From positions 298,383 through 362,382 of the forward strand of contig JAUIBF010000001.1 of NCBI GenBank assembly GCA_030428125.1: a stretch of DNA of 64,000 nucleotides, given 5' to 3'. This stretch comes from a bacterium (GTDB lineage: Bacteria > Patescibacteriota > Saccharimonadia > Saccharimonadales > SZUA-47). Under the pieces are notes generated by a model. It was not told where the DNA came from. It saw only the letters and a program-made list of their open reading frames with translations, and did not search any database. Position 1 is the stretch's first letter, and each line of letters opens with the position of its first letter. Below, piece after piece: positions 23,637 through 33,461 of this stretch. A program made the translations under genes and the position numbers.

Positions 23637-24797
23637 ATGCACGTAGTAATCTGTGGTGGGGGCTTTGCTGGAGTAAAGGCTGCGTTAGAACTTGCCAACA
23701 AACCAAACATTAAAGTTACTCTAATCTCAAAGAGCTCTAATTTCGAATATCATGGTGCGTTATATAGAACCGCAACAGGTAGCTCTCCTCTAGAAGTAAC
23801 CATTCCGCTTCGCGAAATCTTTATGACCGCTCATAATGTATCGATAATTTTAGACGAAATTACATTGCTAGATCCAAAAAAGAAATACATTTACAGTTCC
23901 ACTTCCAACGCTTACCACTACGATGCTTTGATTATGGCACTAGGCAACCAGGTGAACTACTTTGGGTTAGATGGCATGGACGACCATTCAGAGTCAATGA
24001 TTACGGTTGCGGAAGTCATCTCTCTTCGACATAGAATAGTGCAGCTAATCAAGAGCAAAATCGAACACCCTCATATAGTTGTGGTTGGGGCGGGGGCGAC
24101 TGGCGTAGAGCTATCTGGTGATCTACAGACATTCGCAGACGAAATTTCTGAAAAGTACGGGGTGAAACGCAAGAACATCAGGGTATCTGTAATAGAAGGT
24201 TCGGACAGGGTTTTACCATTACTCAAACCAAAACTATCCGAAAAAGCATTAATTCGAATGTCGAAACTTGGTATTACGGTCAGACTCAATACGCGAGTAA
24301 ATTCATGCGAGCCCGGTAAGCTTTGTTTGGCTGATGGTGAAATTGACGCTGACCTGATTGTTTGGACGGCAGGTAGCAGGCTGGTTGATTTTTACTCTGA
24401 AAACGCAAAGCATTTTGAAATATATAGAGGCAAAATTGCCGTCGATGAATATATGAGAGCTAAAGGCCACAAAGATATATACATAATCGGTGATAATGCC
24501 GCCACCCAATATAGTGGAATGGCTCAAACTGCACTGCATGATGCCAAGTATATTTCTAGAATCCTAATAGGCATGAGCAAAGGTGTACCACCTGTTAAAT
24601 ATCGAGACAGAAAGCCTATATACGTAGTACCTATAGGTCCAAGGTGGGCTGTACTGCAAACACCTAAACAAACAATATATGGCTATAAAGCCTGGCTCGT
24701 TCGAAGACGGGCAGACCTATGGATTTTCAAAAACTTCCAGCCCTATAAGGATGCCGTTAAACAATGGCGCAAAGGTAATAAAAAAGCCAACTTCTAG
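23637..24797 (+). CDS. type II NADH dehydrogenase-like FAD/NAD(P) oxidoreductase
   Basis: Two Rossmann motifs are present: VVICGGGFAGV and VVVGAGATGVELSG. Confidence 0.8.
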   Translation: MHVVICGGGFAGVKAALELANKPNIKVTLISKSSNFEYHGALYRTATGSSPLEVTIPLREIFMTAHNVSIILDEITLLDPKKKYIYSSTSNAYHYDALIMALGNQVNYFGLDGMDDHSESMITVAEVISLRHRIVQLIKSKIEHPHIVVVGAGATGVELSGDLQTFADEISEKYGVKRKNIRVSVIEGSDRVLPLLKPKLSEKALIRMSKLGITVRLNTRVNSCEPGKLCLADGEIDADLIVWTAGSRLVDFYSENAKHFEIYRGKIAVDEYMRAKGHKDIYIIGDNAATQYSGMAQTALHDAKYISRILIGMSKGVPPVKYRDRKPIYVVPIGPRWAVLQTPKQTIYGYKAWLVRRRADLWIFKNFQPYKDAVKQWRKGNKKANF

Positions 24798-25309
24798 GAT
24801 GCTCTAGCTTGCTTAGCTAGGAATGCCTCAACTTCGTTTACGCCTGCTTCGAGTGATCCTCGACCTAGTTCTTCGTACAGAACATCATCAGTAAAGTAGC
24901 CCATTCTAAGTATTTGGTTAGTAGGTAAAAATGCGCCTTCTCTATTGATAAAAACTGGATCAGTGTCTGGAGAATCTGCGGGGGCAGCTTCCTGACCTTC
25001 GAATGTTATCTGATAACCTTCCTTGCTACCAAAGTAAACGCAATCAACCAAAGTTACTTTGGCTAAAGCCGTAAAAAAATCTCCGGATTCTCTGTTGACA
25101 GAATCTATAGGGGATCTTTCTAGTCCACCTACAAAGTATAATTTAGCAGCTCTGTCACCATCGAATATTGAATCAATTTTTGCTTCAATTTCAGGTACTG
25201 ATAATCTGTAGTCCAAATGATCATTAAACTCGGAGTGGGGTATTCTATGAAACCCGAACGTAGGCTGTCCCATAGTATCAAATATAACATGAAAATGCCA
25301 AATAGTCAA
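24794..25309 (-). CDS. hypothetical soluble protein
   Basis: 171-aa ORF, last in a co-directional run after the glycoside hydrolase gene. No motif recognised. Confidence 0.55.
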   Translation of the reverse strand: MTIWHFHVIFDTMGQPTFGFHRIPHSEFNDHLDYRLSVPEIEAKIDSIFDGDRAAKLYFVGGLERSPIDSVNRESGDFFTALAKVTLVDCVYFGSKEGYQITFEGQEAAPADSPDTDPVFINREGAFLPTNQILRMGYFTDDVLYEELGRGSLEAGVNEVEAFLAKQARAS

Positions 25310-25312
25310 TAG

Positions 25313-25693
25313 CTATACTAATTCAGGAATCGGATTGGCGGGGAACTCTACTTCTATAAGTCTGTCTAGCGACATAACATCTACAGGGCGTGTGCTTGAG
25401 AAAAATCCATATGGCCGTTTTTTCCCATCAATAGTGAAGCCGTCCGGGGCGATTGGTATCCAAAAGCCAAATTCTTTCTCATCAATATTTAATGTTAAAT
25501 CAATCTTAGGTAATTCTTTGCCTATTCTTATCCCGTCAATTCTAGCTTCACCAAAAACGTATTCATTTTTGTCAATATCTGTGTAGTAAAATCCAGTGAT
25601 CAACCCTCCGGTAATCTCTGCGACCCGAAGACGTTTATCCATAGATCCTATGTACACCGCAGGATCGATGTACTCAATACTTCGCAAACTCAT
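25313..25693 (-). CDS. hypothetical soluble protein
   Basis: 126-aa ORF, 13 nt downstream of the glycoside hydrolase gene. No motif recognised. Confidence 0.55.
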   Translation of the reverse strand: MSLRSIEYIDPAVYIGSMDKRLRVAEITGGLITGFYYTDIDKNEYVFGEARIDGIRIGKELPKIDLTLNIDEKEFGFWIPIAPDGFTIDGKKRPYGFFSSTRPVDVMSLDRLIEVEFPANPIPELV

Positions 25694-25706
25694 TTACTAT
25701 ATAAAA

Positions 25707-27035
25707 TCACATTCTATTAATAAAATCAACTATCAAGGATGCTGTCCAGGAAAAGTTGCGCGCGCCTGCCGGAGCACCATTTTTCGCAGAAAAGTACTCG
25801 TATGGACCGCTGGCTTCTACGAGTTTTATCGATGACTCAATAATTCTATTCGCTTCATCGTGGTATCCGTAACGCTTAAGCCCATCTGCAATCAGCCAGT
25901 TAGTGTTTATCCAGGTTGGTCCTCGCCAGTAACCAAGCTCTTTATAGCTTTCGCTACTCAAAGGAACGCTCGCAATAGGGTATTTGGTGTCGAATAATTT
26001 TTTATCTTCGAGTTTTTTAACCAATTCTGCAGCACGCTCTTTGGTGACTGCCCCGCTATAAAGTGGTAGCAAAGTAGAAATACTCGGCTCTTTTATTAGT
26101 TTGTGAGTTACAAAATTGCGAGGAAAATATTGGTTATAGTATGCATCCCAAAGTTTGTCTAGTGCATCTTCGCTTTTTTTCATATTCTCAGAGAGTTCAT
26201 CGGGTATTTTATGTCCGATAGTCTTAGCTATTTCACGAAGAAGCGTGTTTGCCCTGATTAGTATGGAATTAAAAGCCAGGTCTTCTACTGCAAAATGTGA
26301 GCGATTTAAAATTGCATCTATATCCCAATTTTTGCGCTTCAATCTTTGCAACACAGAGTAGTAGAGAAGAGCATCGATATTGTTTAGCCTCTGACCAGGT
26401 GGAACATGCTGAGTGTCACGTCTAAAAAGTAAGACTGCCTTATCAAGACGAGTTTTTTCAACCAGTGATACCCACCAGGGCTTACTGTGCATGTGTAGTT
26501 GATTTACCCAAGGTGGGGAATTGTCTAACCCACTTTCCCAAGGATGGATAAGTAGGATTAAACCCTCATCATGTGGGTCTCGCTCAGCATACATCCATTC
26601 GTGATACGCGACCAACGCAGGGAACATATCTTGATACCAACTGCGTCGTTCTTGAACTTTAAGCTTTTCACCAATGCTTACGACTGCTTGGGCCATCATA
26701 GGAGGTTGAGTGAAACCAGACGTGCTGACATCGTCAGGAGAATGAGCATTACGCCAGGATTGCCAAATGTTTCTATCGCGTTTGTGAAGCCCGTGATCGG
26801 AAAAAATCATATGAGGCAACATACCATTAGCCCATTGACCACGTAGCAAGTTCTTAATCTCTAGCTGTGCTTCCTTTGTGTTGTAGTTGCTTTTACCAAT
26901 TGCGACGAAGCAGCTATCCCAAAGCCATTGATGTGGGTAAAGTCCTTCTGCAGGTATAGTAAAGTTCTCTCGCCAATTTTCCTGTAGAACTGTCTTGCAG
27001 CTATCTTCGATGGTTTTTTTGATTTCGGTGTCCAT
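25707..27035 (-). CDS. GH63/MGH1-like (alpha/alpha)6 glycoside hydrolase (glucosyl- or mannosyl-glycerate hydrolase-like)
   Basis: YPHQWLWDSCF, HPWESGLDNSPPW and GPTWINTNWL resemble GH63-like/amylo-alpha-1,6-glucosidase family motifs. Confidence 0.7.
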   Translation of the reverse strand: MDTEIKKTIEDSCKTVLQENWRENFTIPAEGLYPHQWLWDSCFVAIGKSNYNTKEAQLEIKNLLRGQWANGMLPHMIFSDHGLHKRDRNIWQSWRNAHSPDDVSTSGFTQPPMMAQAVVSIGEKLKVQERRSWYQDMFPALVAYHEWMYAERDPHDEGLILLIHPWESGLDNSPPWVNQLHMHSKPWWVSLVEKTRLDKAVLLFRRDTQHVPPGQRLNNIDALLYYSVLQRLKRKNWDIDAILNRSHFAVEDLAFNSILIRANTLLREIAKTIGHKIPDELSENMKKSEDALDKLWDAYYNQYFPRNFVTHKLIKEPSISTLLPLYSGAVTKERAAELVKKLEDKKLFDTKYPIASVPLSSESYKELGYWRGPTWINTNWLIADGLKRYGYHDEANRIIESSIKLVEASGPYEYFSAKNGAPAGARNFSWTASLIVDFINRM

Positions 27036-27058
27036 AAGCTTATCGCTAAGTATAACCG

Positions 27059-27553
27059 TTATCTTAAATTAGTGAAAACTACAGGGAAATTGAAATCAGC
27101 TGCTTTGACTATTTGCATAGCAGCTTGAAGCTCGTCTTTTTTTGGGCTCATAACTCTTATTCCATCACCTTGAATTTGTGCTTTAACTTTCGGCAGTCTG
27201 TCTTTCAGCAGCTTTGTAATTTTCTTTGCGTCATCTTGGCTTAGGCCGTTTTTAAAAGGTACCTGCCAAATCATGCGCAAATTAGTAGTTTCCGGTTCTT
27301 TAGTTACATCAAATGTCTTTTGACTCACACCACGGCTGGCTGCTTTTTTACGAAGCAGGTCAATTACGGCGTCAAGATGAAACTGGATATCTCCACATAT
27401 TTTTACGCCTTTTTTATCCTCTAACCACTCCAGAGATGTTTGGGTTCCTTTTAAGTCATATCTCTGCGATAGCTCACGCTGAGCCTGATCAAAAACATTA
27501 TTCATTTCCCCTGAGTCGTATGTAGATTCTATGTCAAAACTGAATTGTGCCAT
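27059..27553 (-). CDS. yajQ: YajQ-family nucleotide (c-di-GMP)-binding protein
   Basis: SFDIESTYDSGEMNNVFDQAQRELSQRYDLKG matches the UPF0234/YajQ N-terminus; the length is 164 aa. Confidence 0.88.
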   Translation of the reverse strand: MAQFSFDIESTYDSGEMNNVFDQAQRELSQRYDLKGTQTSLEWLEDKKGVKICGDIQFHLDAVIDLLRKKAASRGVSQKTFDVTKEPETTNLRMIWQVPFKNGLSQDDAKKITKLLKDRLPKVKAQIQGDGIRVMSPKKDELQAAMQIVKAADFNFPVVFTNLR

Positions 27554-27586
27554 AAATCCAGTATAACAACATGGTAGGATAGGTTT

Positions 27587-28174
27587 ATGAATATATGTGT
27601 TATTAGTGCAAGTATGCGTGGCAACTCACAAAGTTTAAAAGTAGCAAATTACCTAAATGAAAGATTAAAAAAACTAGATGTTAACTCGTGGGTTTTGGAT
27701 TTACACGAATTAAAATTACCACCTTACGATGATGATGAAACTGAAGCACCTGCGAAAGACGAAGTTCTAAAGCAGTTGTCTGAAGCTGACGGCTATGTTT
27801 TTGTAAGCCCTGAATGGGATGGAATGATGAGCCATGGGCTGATCAGTATGCTTCATTATGTCGATACAGAGATGGCTCATAAGCCAGTTATGTTGGTAGG
27901 TGTTAGCAGTGGAATCGGTGGCGCGTATCCAATAGAACAGATGAAGCAAATGGGCCCCAAGAACAAGCATTATGTGATTTCACCAGAATCTTTACGGTTG
28001 ATGAAGGTTAAAGAGATGCTGAATGATCAAGACTTTAGTGAAACAGCTACGGACTTGTATGTGAAACAGCGTGCAGATTACGCACTAAAAGTTCTAGTAG
28101 AATACGCAAAAGCACTACAGAACGTACGTGCTAGTGGGGTGTTTAATCCTGATGAGTTCGGCAGTGGGGTTTAA
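27587..28174 (+). CDS. NADPH-dependent FMN reductase family protein
   Basis: Flavodoxin-like fold pattern: ICVISASMRGNSQS...DGYVFVSPEWDGMMSHGLISMLHYV. Confidence 0.8.
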   Translation: MNICVISASMRGNSQSLKVANYLNERLKKLDVNSWVLDLHELKLPPYDDDETEAPAKDEVLKQLSEADGYVFVSPEWDGMMSHGLISMLHYVDTEMAHKPVMLVGVSSGIGGAYPIEQMKQMGPKNKHYVISPESLRLMKVKEMLNDQDFSETATDLYVKQRADYALKVLVEYAKALQNVRASGVFNPDEFGSGV

Positions 28175-28213
28175 AGAAGTAGCTTAGAAGTAAATTCATG
28201 CTATGATTAAAGC

Positions 28214-29167
28214 ATGACCATCTTTGCGGTAGGAGGTGTGGACAGTCGCACTGAAGACTGGGTTTTTGTTGGTATAGTTTTAGCTATTGCCTATTTATTA
28301 GTTTACCCATTGTACGTAGTTTTTAAGCGTTCACAACATGCTAGACGAATTAAGAGTCAGCTAGTTACTTCCGAATACAAGCTACCTATTAAAATGACTC
28401 CTACGGAACTGTCGTATGTGTTCTCTTCAAATATATCTAAACAACACCTATACGCAACGTTGCTTGATCTGGCAAATAAAAGTGTCCTAGTAATTAAACA
28501 GAAAGAAGGAAGATATTTTGTGGAGCCAGGTCCTAGGATCGAAGGTGATTTGTCGTCTTCAGAATCGCTGCTAGCAGACCTCGTATTGGATGCTGGTCGA
28601 CCATTGCCCGTTAGTCAGGTCATTAGTGGATATACTGTGCATAGGTCAACAAAAGGTAACATTACGGGTAGTAGGCATTATGTATTTTGGTGGATTTTAC
28701 GTAACCAACTTCGAAAGCGTAAGGTAATAGAAAATCATATGACAGGCCGTTATACAAAGATGTTGTTTATGTTTGGTGTAGTTTCTAGTCTCGTGATAAG
28801 TATGATCTCAGCTGGATCCTGGAGGTTTATGCAGATGCTCGATACTGGAGAAGTAGACTTTGATGATTTATGTGGTCACTGGGCAAACGCATTTTGGATT
28901 TGGCTTATTCTTTTAATCCCGGTTCTCATAGTTAGCTTTTTTGATTTAAGGTTCAGAGGTAGAATGCTGGGAAGAACTTGGTTGCTTACAAAAGCTAACA
29001 AACGCTATATAAACCAGTTTGTTGCGTTTAAAGAATATGTCAGATTAGCGACCAGGAAACGACTTAGATTTGAGAGTAAAGAATTAGAAAAAGAATCCAA
29101 GGTTAGAGTTAGGCCGTATGCTTTAGCATTGCGCTTCACAAAAGATAAGTCTGCCACTGGAAAATAA
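28214..29167 (+). CDS. membrane protein resembling the C-terminal half of DUF2207 proteins
   Basis: By eye, MTPTELSYVFSSNISKQHLYATLLDLANKSVLVI and FKEYVRLATRKRL...RPYALALRF parallel segments of the DUF2207 protein at 33433-35178 (VSVMQASYVASNSLTSKHISAAIIDLAIRGYIKI; LKLYLGFSEKERL...LPFAIAMG). Confidence 0.55.
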   Translation: MTIFAVGGVDSRTEDWVFVGIVLAIAYLLVYPLYVVFKRSQHARRIKSQLVTSEYKLPIKMTPTELSYVFSSNISKQHLYATLLDLANKSVLVIKQKEGRYFVEPGPRIEGDLSSSESLLADLVLDAGRPLPVSQVISGYTVHRSTKGNITGSRHYVFWWILRNQLRKRKVIENHMTGRYTKMLFMFGVVSSLVISMISAGSWRFMQMLDTGEVDFDDLCGHWANAFWIWLILLIPVLIVSFFDLRFRGRMLGRTWLLTKANKRYINQFVAFKEYVRLATRKRLRFESKELEKESKVRVRPYALALRFTKDKSATGK

Positions 29168-29195
29168 CCTGTTAGGTAGCTACAATGGTATTAAG

Positions 29196-30212
29196 ATGAA
29201 AGAAATTGAAAAAGCGCGTAAGTCGCTGAAATCAAAGTTTGAAAAGCTGGATGACAAACGGGCGATTTTGAAAGAGCCGGAGCTCAAAGCACTGTTTGAT
29301 GGAATTAGGGAAGTCGAGACTGAAAAGCGTAGTGAGTACGGTAGGGCAGTTAATGAATTAAAGCTCGAAGTCAGTTCTTGGCTAGAGGAATCGTCAGAAA
29401 AAGAAGACACAGCTGAGTCTATAGACGTAACGGCACCGTGGGATGTAAATGTGAGTACTCAGAATAGACCTGAATTTTTGCCGGCAACTCAAGGTGGAGT
29501 CCATCCTTTGGTAAATGAAATTAACTATATTTGTGACGTCTATGAGCGGATGGGGTTTGTTGTTAAGGAATCGCGTGAAATAGATGATGACTATCATATG
29601 TTCGAGAGCTTGAATTTCCCAGAAGGTCATCCGGCCCGTGATGATTATGACACTTTCATGACAGACGAGGGGCTTATTGCGCCAGCTCACACTTCTACAA
29701 TGCAAAACAGAATTCTTCAGAAGTATAAAGCCAACCTAGACAAAGGATTACCAATCGCGGCAGTAGTTCCTGATCGGGTGTTTAGAAATGAAGATCTAGA
29801 TGCTACACATGAGCATACTTTTTATCAAATCGAAGGCGTGTACGTAGGTGAGGACATTACGGTCGGGAACCTAATAGCAACTTTGTCAGCTTTTATGAAC
29901 GAGTATTTCGGCCAAGAACTGAAAACTAAACTTCAGCCATTTTATTTCCCGTTTACAGAACCTAGTTTCGAGTTTGCAATTGAGCGTCCAGATGCGTTGA
30001 AAAAAGATGACTCAGAAGAACAAAAGTGGCTAGAGCTACTTGGTTGCGGAATGATCCATCCGAATGTCCTGAGTGCTGCTGGAATTGATCCAAAAAAATA
30101 CTCCGGATTTGCGTGGGGTAACGGCATAGAGAGAATGGTGATGATGAAGCATGGGATAGAAGATGTTCGTCATTTCGAGTCAGCAAACCTTAAATTCTTG
30201 AGGCAGTTTTAA
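29196..30212 (+). CDS. pheS: phenylalanine--tRNA ligase alpha subunit
   Basis: Class II aaRS motifs are present: FPEGHPARD, VFRNEDLDATHEHTFYQIEG, GFAWGNGIERMVMM. Confidence 0.95.
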   Translation: MKEIEKARKSLKSKFEKLDDKRAILKEPELKALFDGIREVETEKRSEYGRAVNELKLEVSSWLEESSEKEDTAESIDVTAPWDVNVSTQNRPEFLPATQGGVHPLVNEINYICDVYERMGFVVKESREIDDDYHMFESLNFPEGHPARDDYDTFMTDEGLIAPAHTSTMQNRILQKYKANLDKGLPIAAVVPDRVFRNEDLDATHEHTFYQIEGVYVGEDITVGNLIATLSAFMNEYFGQELKTKLQPFYFPFTEPSFEFAIERPDALKKDDSEEQKWLELLGCGMIHPNVLSAAGIDPKKYSGFAWGNGIERMVMMKHGIEDVRHFESANLKFLRQF

Positions 30213-30213
30213 G

Positions 30214-30921
30214 ATGGTGGAGCCACAAGAAATTTCAATTCCTTGTATCGGATATGAAATTAAGGCCGATTGGTACGAAGGGACAAACGACCAAGTATGG
30301 TTAGTTTTGCCAGGTTATACATCTTATAAAGGCAAGTACACACAGTTAATCCAAAATAGTACTACGTGCACAGGCGCAAGTGCTTTAGTAATTGATTATT
30401 CAGGACATGGAGAAAGTCCGTTCGATATTAATGATTTAACAAGAGCTCAAAATTTCTCAGAAGTCGTGAAAGCTTTTGACTGGCTAGTAAAAAATAAACC
30501 AAACCTTAAGATTTCTGTTCATGGTACAAGTTATGGTGGTTTTCATGCAGCATACCTTACTAAATACCGACAATTTGAAAACGTTATATTTAGAGTTCCG
30601 GCTAGTTATCCTGAAGAGACGTTATTTAGCGTAATAGGCGAGATGGATAATGCGCATAGTCGAGATTATCGAGTGAACCCAGATAATTATAAAGATCACT
30701 GGTTGTTTGACCATACCGATTCCGTGAAAGGTAGGCGCTTAGTCGTTACTCACGAATTCGATGATATTTGTCCTTCCGTGGCTACAACACCCTTTATCGA
30801 AGCGTTCAGTGCCGATCATATTGAAGCTAAGGGTTTTAAGCATGGATTCGGTGAAAGTAATGTGAGCAATGAGCAGAAACAGGAATACTATAAAAAATTG
30901 GCAGACTGGATTATTGGATGA
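30214..30921 (+). CDS. alpha/beta-fold hydrolase (Ser-Asp-His) inserted between pheS and pheT
   Basis: Nucleophile elbow HGTSYGG, later DDICP and KHGF. It starts 2 nt after the pheS stop and overlaps the pheT start (ATGA). Confidence 0.8.
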   Translation: MVEPQEISIPCIGYEIKADWYEGTNDQVWLVLPGYTSYKGKYTQLIQNSTTCTGASALVIDYSGHGESPFDINDLTRAQNFSEVVKAFDWLVKNKPNLKISVHGTSYGGFHAAYLTKYRQFENVIFRVPASYPEETLFSVIGEMDNAHSRDYRVNPDNYKDHWLFDHTDSVKGRRLVVTHEFDDICPSVATTPFIEAFSADHIEAKGFKHGFGESNVSNEQKQEYYKKLADWIIG

Positions 30922-33461
30922 AGTTTAGTTTAAAAAGCGCATCGATTGTCTCTGGTAAATACGGTACTGGTGTAGATCCAGCTACATATGATGTCTCTGA
31001 GCTGGTGAGTCGGATGGGATTGCAGCTGGGCGCTATAGAAGATGTGAAAAATATTGGTGAAAAATACGAAGGGCTACTAGTCGTTAAGGTTGTCGAGTGT
31101 GACAAGCATCCGAATGCCGATAAGCTGAGTGTATGTCTAGTTGATGATGGAGGAGTGACGCAGCATGTCGAGCGCAATAATGACGGGCTTATTCAGGTTG
31201 TATGTGGTGCTCCAAATGTTCGTGCAGGAATGCTTGCAGCGTGGATACCACCTGAAGCAACTGTACCAAGCACATTAGATACAGATCCATTCGTCTTAGA
31301 GGCGAGAGAGCTAAGGGGAAAGGTAAGTAATGGAATGCTCGCCAGCTCGAAAGAACTAGGGATTAGCGATGATCACGAGGGCATTTTGGAAATAAATCCG
31401 GCAGATGTGGGCGACAAGTTTGCCAAGCCTGGAACAGCTTTCAAACAACTTTACGGATTAGATGATGTAGTTATAGATTGCGAAAACAAGATGTTTACGC
31501 ATCGTCCAGATTGCTTTGGCACTCTCGGCATCGCCAGAGAGGTGGCTGGTATTTTTGGGGATTCTTATTCCTCGCCTGAATGGTATAAAAATGCAATTAT
31601 GCATGAAAAAGAATCAGAGCTGAAGTTAAATGCACAAAATAACGCTCCAGATTTGGTACCAAGATTTACAGTCCAAGCAATGAGCGAAGTGGAAGTTAAA
31701 GATTCGCCACTCTGGCTAAAAAGTTTCTTAAGTCGAGTGGAGTCAAACTCTATTAACAATATCGTTGATTATACGAATTTCTTCATGCTAGAAACTGCAC
31801 AGCCATTGCATGCTTTCGACTACGACAAGGTAGCAAAACTGAGTGCCGAAGTCCCGACAATTCAGGCAAGAAAAGCAAATAAGGGTGAGAAAATAGAGCT
31901 TTTAAACGGTAAGACTATTGAGCTCCATGAAGATGACATTGTTATCGCGACCGACAAGAAGCCAATCGCGCTTGCCGGAGTTATGGGTGGTTCTGAAACT
32001 GAGGTCGACGACACAACTAAAAACATCATTATAGAATGTGCAAATTTTGATATGTACGCTGTTCGTAGAACAAGTATGAGACACGGCTTGTTTACGGATG
32101 CAGTTACAAGATTTAATAAAGGTCAAAGTCCACTTCAAAATGATAAAGTCTTAGCAAAAATATTGGATGAAATTAAGAAGCAAGCTGGCGGGAAAGTAGC
32201 CACCGATGTTTTTGATATTTGCAGCTTTGACCTAAGTGCTGACAATTTGAATCACGTTGAAGTTAGCGCTGATTTTATTAATTCTAGGCTGGGAACTGAA
32301 CTTAAACCAGAAGAAATCAAGCGACTTTTAGAAAACGTAGAGTTTACTATAACTTTGCAGGGTCCGACCTTGCAAATAACGGCTCCGTTCTGGCGAATGG
32401 ATATTTCAATTGCTGAAGACATAGTCGAAGAAGTTGGTAGGTTATATGGATATGAAAAAATTCCTGTAATACTACCTCCTAGTATATCTGCACCTACACC
32501 TAGGAATGAGCTAAAAGATTATAAGAATAAATTACGGTCTACCTTAAGCAAGCTTGGTGCAAGCGAAGTGCTGACATACAGTTTTGTGCACGGAGATCTA
32601 CTGGCTAAATCTAACATTGATGCTGATAAGTGGGCATATCATTTACGTAACGCTCTGAGTCCGGATTTGCAGTACTATCGACCAGCTTTAATTCCGAGTT
32701 TATTATCAAAAGTACATCAGAATATAAAATCTCTTGCAGGCGATGCAGATAACATCTTTGCCCTATTTGAAATAGGTAAAGTGCATGTTAAAGGAGAGAT
32801 GGAAAAAGATGAGAAAGAATTGCCAAAACAGATGCGCAGGCTTACTTTAGTGGTTGCAGCAGACGATAAGTCGGCTAAAGATTTGAAGGGTTCACCATAC
32901 TATCACGCCAAGAAATACCTCGATGCTATTACCGACAATCAAGCGTCCTATACCTTACTTGAAGATTTCTCATTTCCGATTACTGCTAGCTACAAAAAAA
33001 ACCGTTCTGCAACTGTGAGTGTCGGAGGGCAAGCACTAGGGGTAATTGGAGAAATCAATTCCAAAACAGCCAAGTTACTAAAGCTACCTAAATATTGCGC
33101 AGCTTTTGAGGTCGACATCGATTTACTTAGTAGTTCATTGGTTGGAACGAGCTATAAGCAGATGTCAGGCTTCCCTTCCAGCAAGCAAGACATAACATTT
33201 GAAGTCGCAAGTGACGTAAACTGGTCTACCTTGAGTTCATTTATCGATGCAGAACTAGCAGTTGCTGCAGCAGAAGACAGTCTGGATGTTAGCTTAAGTC
33301 CACTGGATATTTATAGTGAAGAAAAATCTGATAAAAAGCGAATCAGTTTCAGGGTTGAGTTAGTTAGCAAGCAGAAAACCCTGAAAACTACCGAGGTAAA
33401 TAACCTACTAGATCACGTATCAAAGGCTGCACATGAAAAGCTTAAAGCTGTTCGTATTTAG
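30918..33461 (+). CDS. pheT: phenylalanine--tRNA ligase beta subunit
   Basis: MKFSL start, a tRNA-binding OB segment (CDKHPNADKLSVC), B3/4, B5 and FDX-ACB-like regions; 847 aa. Confidence 0.95.
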   Translation: MKFSLKSASIVSGKYGTGVDPATYDVSELVSRMGLQLGAIEDVKNIGEKYEGLLVVKVVECDKHPNADKLSVCLVDDGGVTQHVERNNDGLIQVVCGAPNVRAGMLAAWIPPEATVPSTLDTDPFVLEARELRGKVSNGMLASSKELGISDDHEGILEINPADVGDKFAKPGTAFKQLYGLDDVVIDCENKMFTHRPDCFGTLGIAREVAGIFGDSYSSPEWYKNAIMHEKESELKLNAQNNAPDLVPRFTVQAMSEVEVKDSPLWLKSFLSRVESNSINNIVDYTNFFMLETAQPLHAFDYDKVAKLSAEVPTIQARKANKGEKIELLNGKTIELHEDDIVIATDKKPIALAGVMGGSETEVDDTTKNIIIECANFDMYAVRRTSMRHGLFTDAVTRFNKGQSPLQNDKVLAKILDEIKKQAGGKVATDVFDICSFDLSADNLNHVEVSADFINSRLGTELKPEEIKRLLENVEFTITLQGPTLQITAPFWRMDISIAEDIVEEVGRLYGYEKIPVILPPSISAPTPRNELKDYKNKLRSTLSKLGASEVLTYSFVHGDLLAKSNIDADKWAYHLRNALSPDLQYYRPALIPSLLSKVHQNIKSLAGDADNIFALFEIGKVHVKGEMEKDEKELPKQMRRLTLVVAADDKSAKDLKGSPYYHAKKYLDAITDNQASYTLLEDFSFPITASYKKNRSATVSVGGQALGVIGEINSKTAKLLKLPKYCAAFEVDIDLLSSSLVGTSYKQMSGFPSSKQDITFEVASDVNWSTLSSFIDAELAVAAAEDSLDVSLSPLDIYSEEKSDKKRISFRVELVSKQKTLKTTEVNNLLDHVSKAAHEKLKAVRI

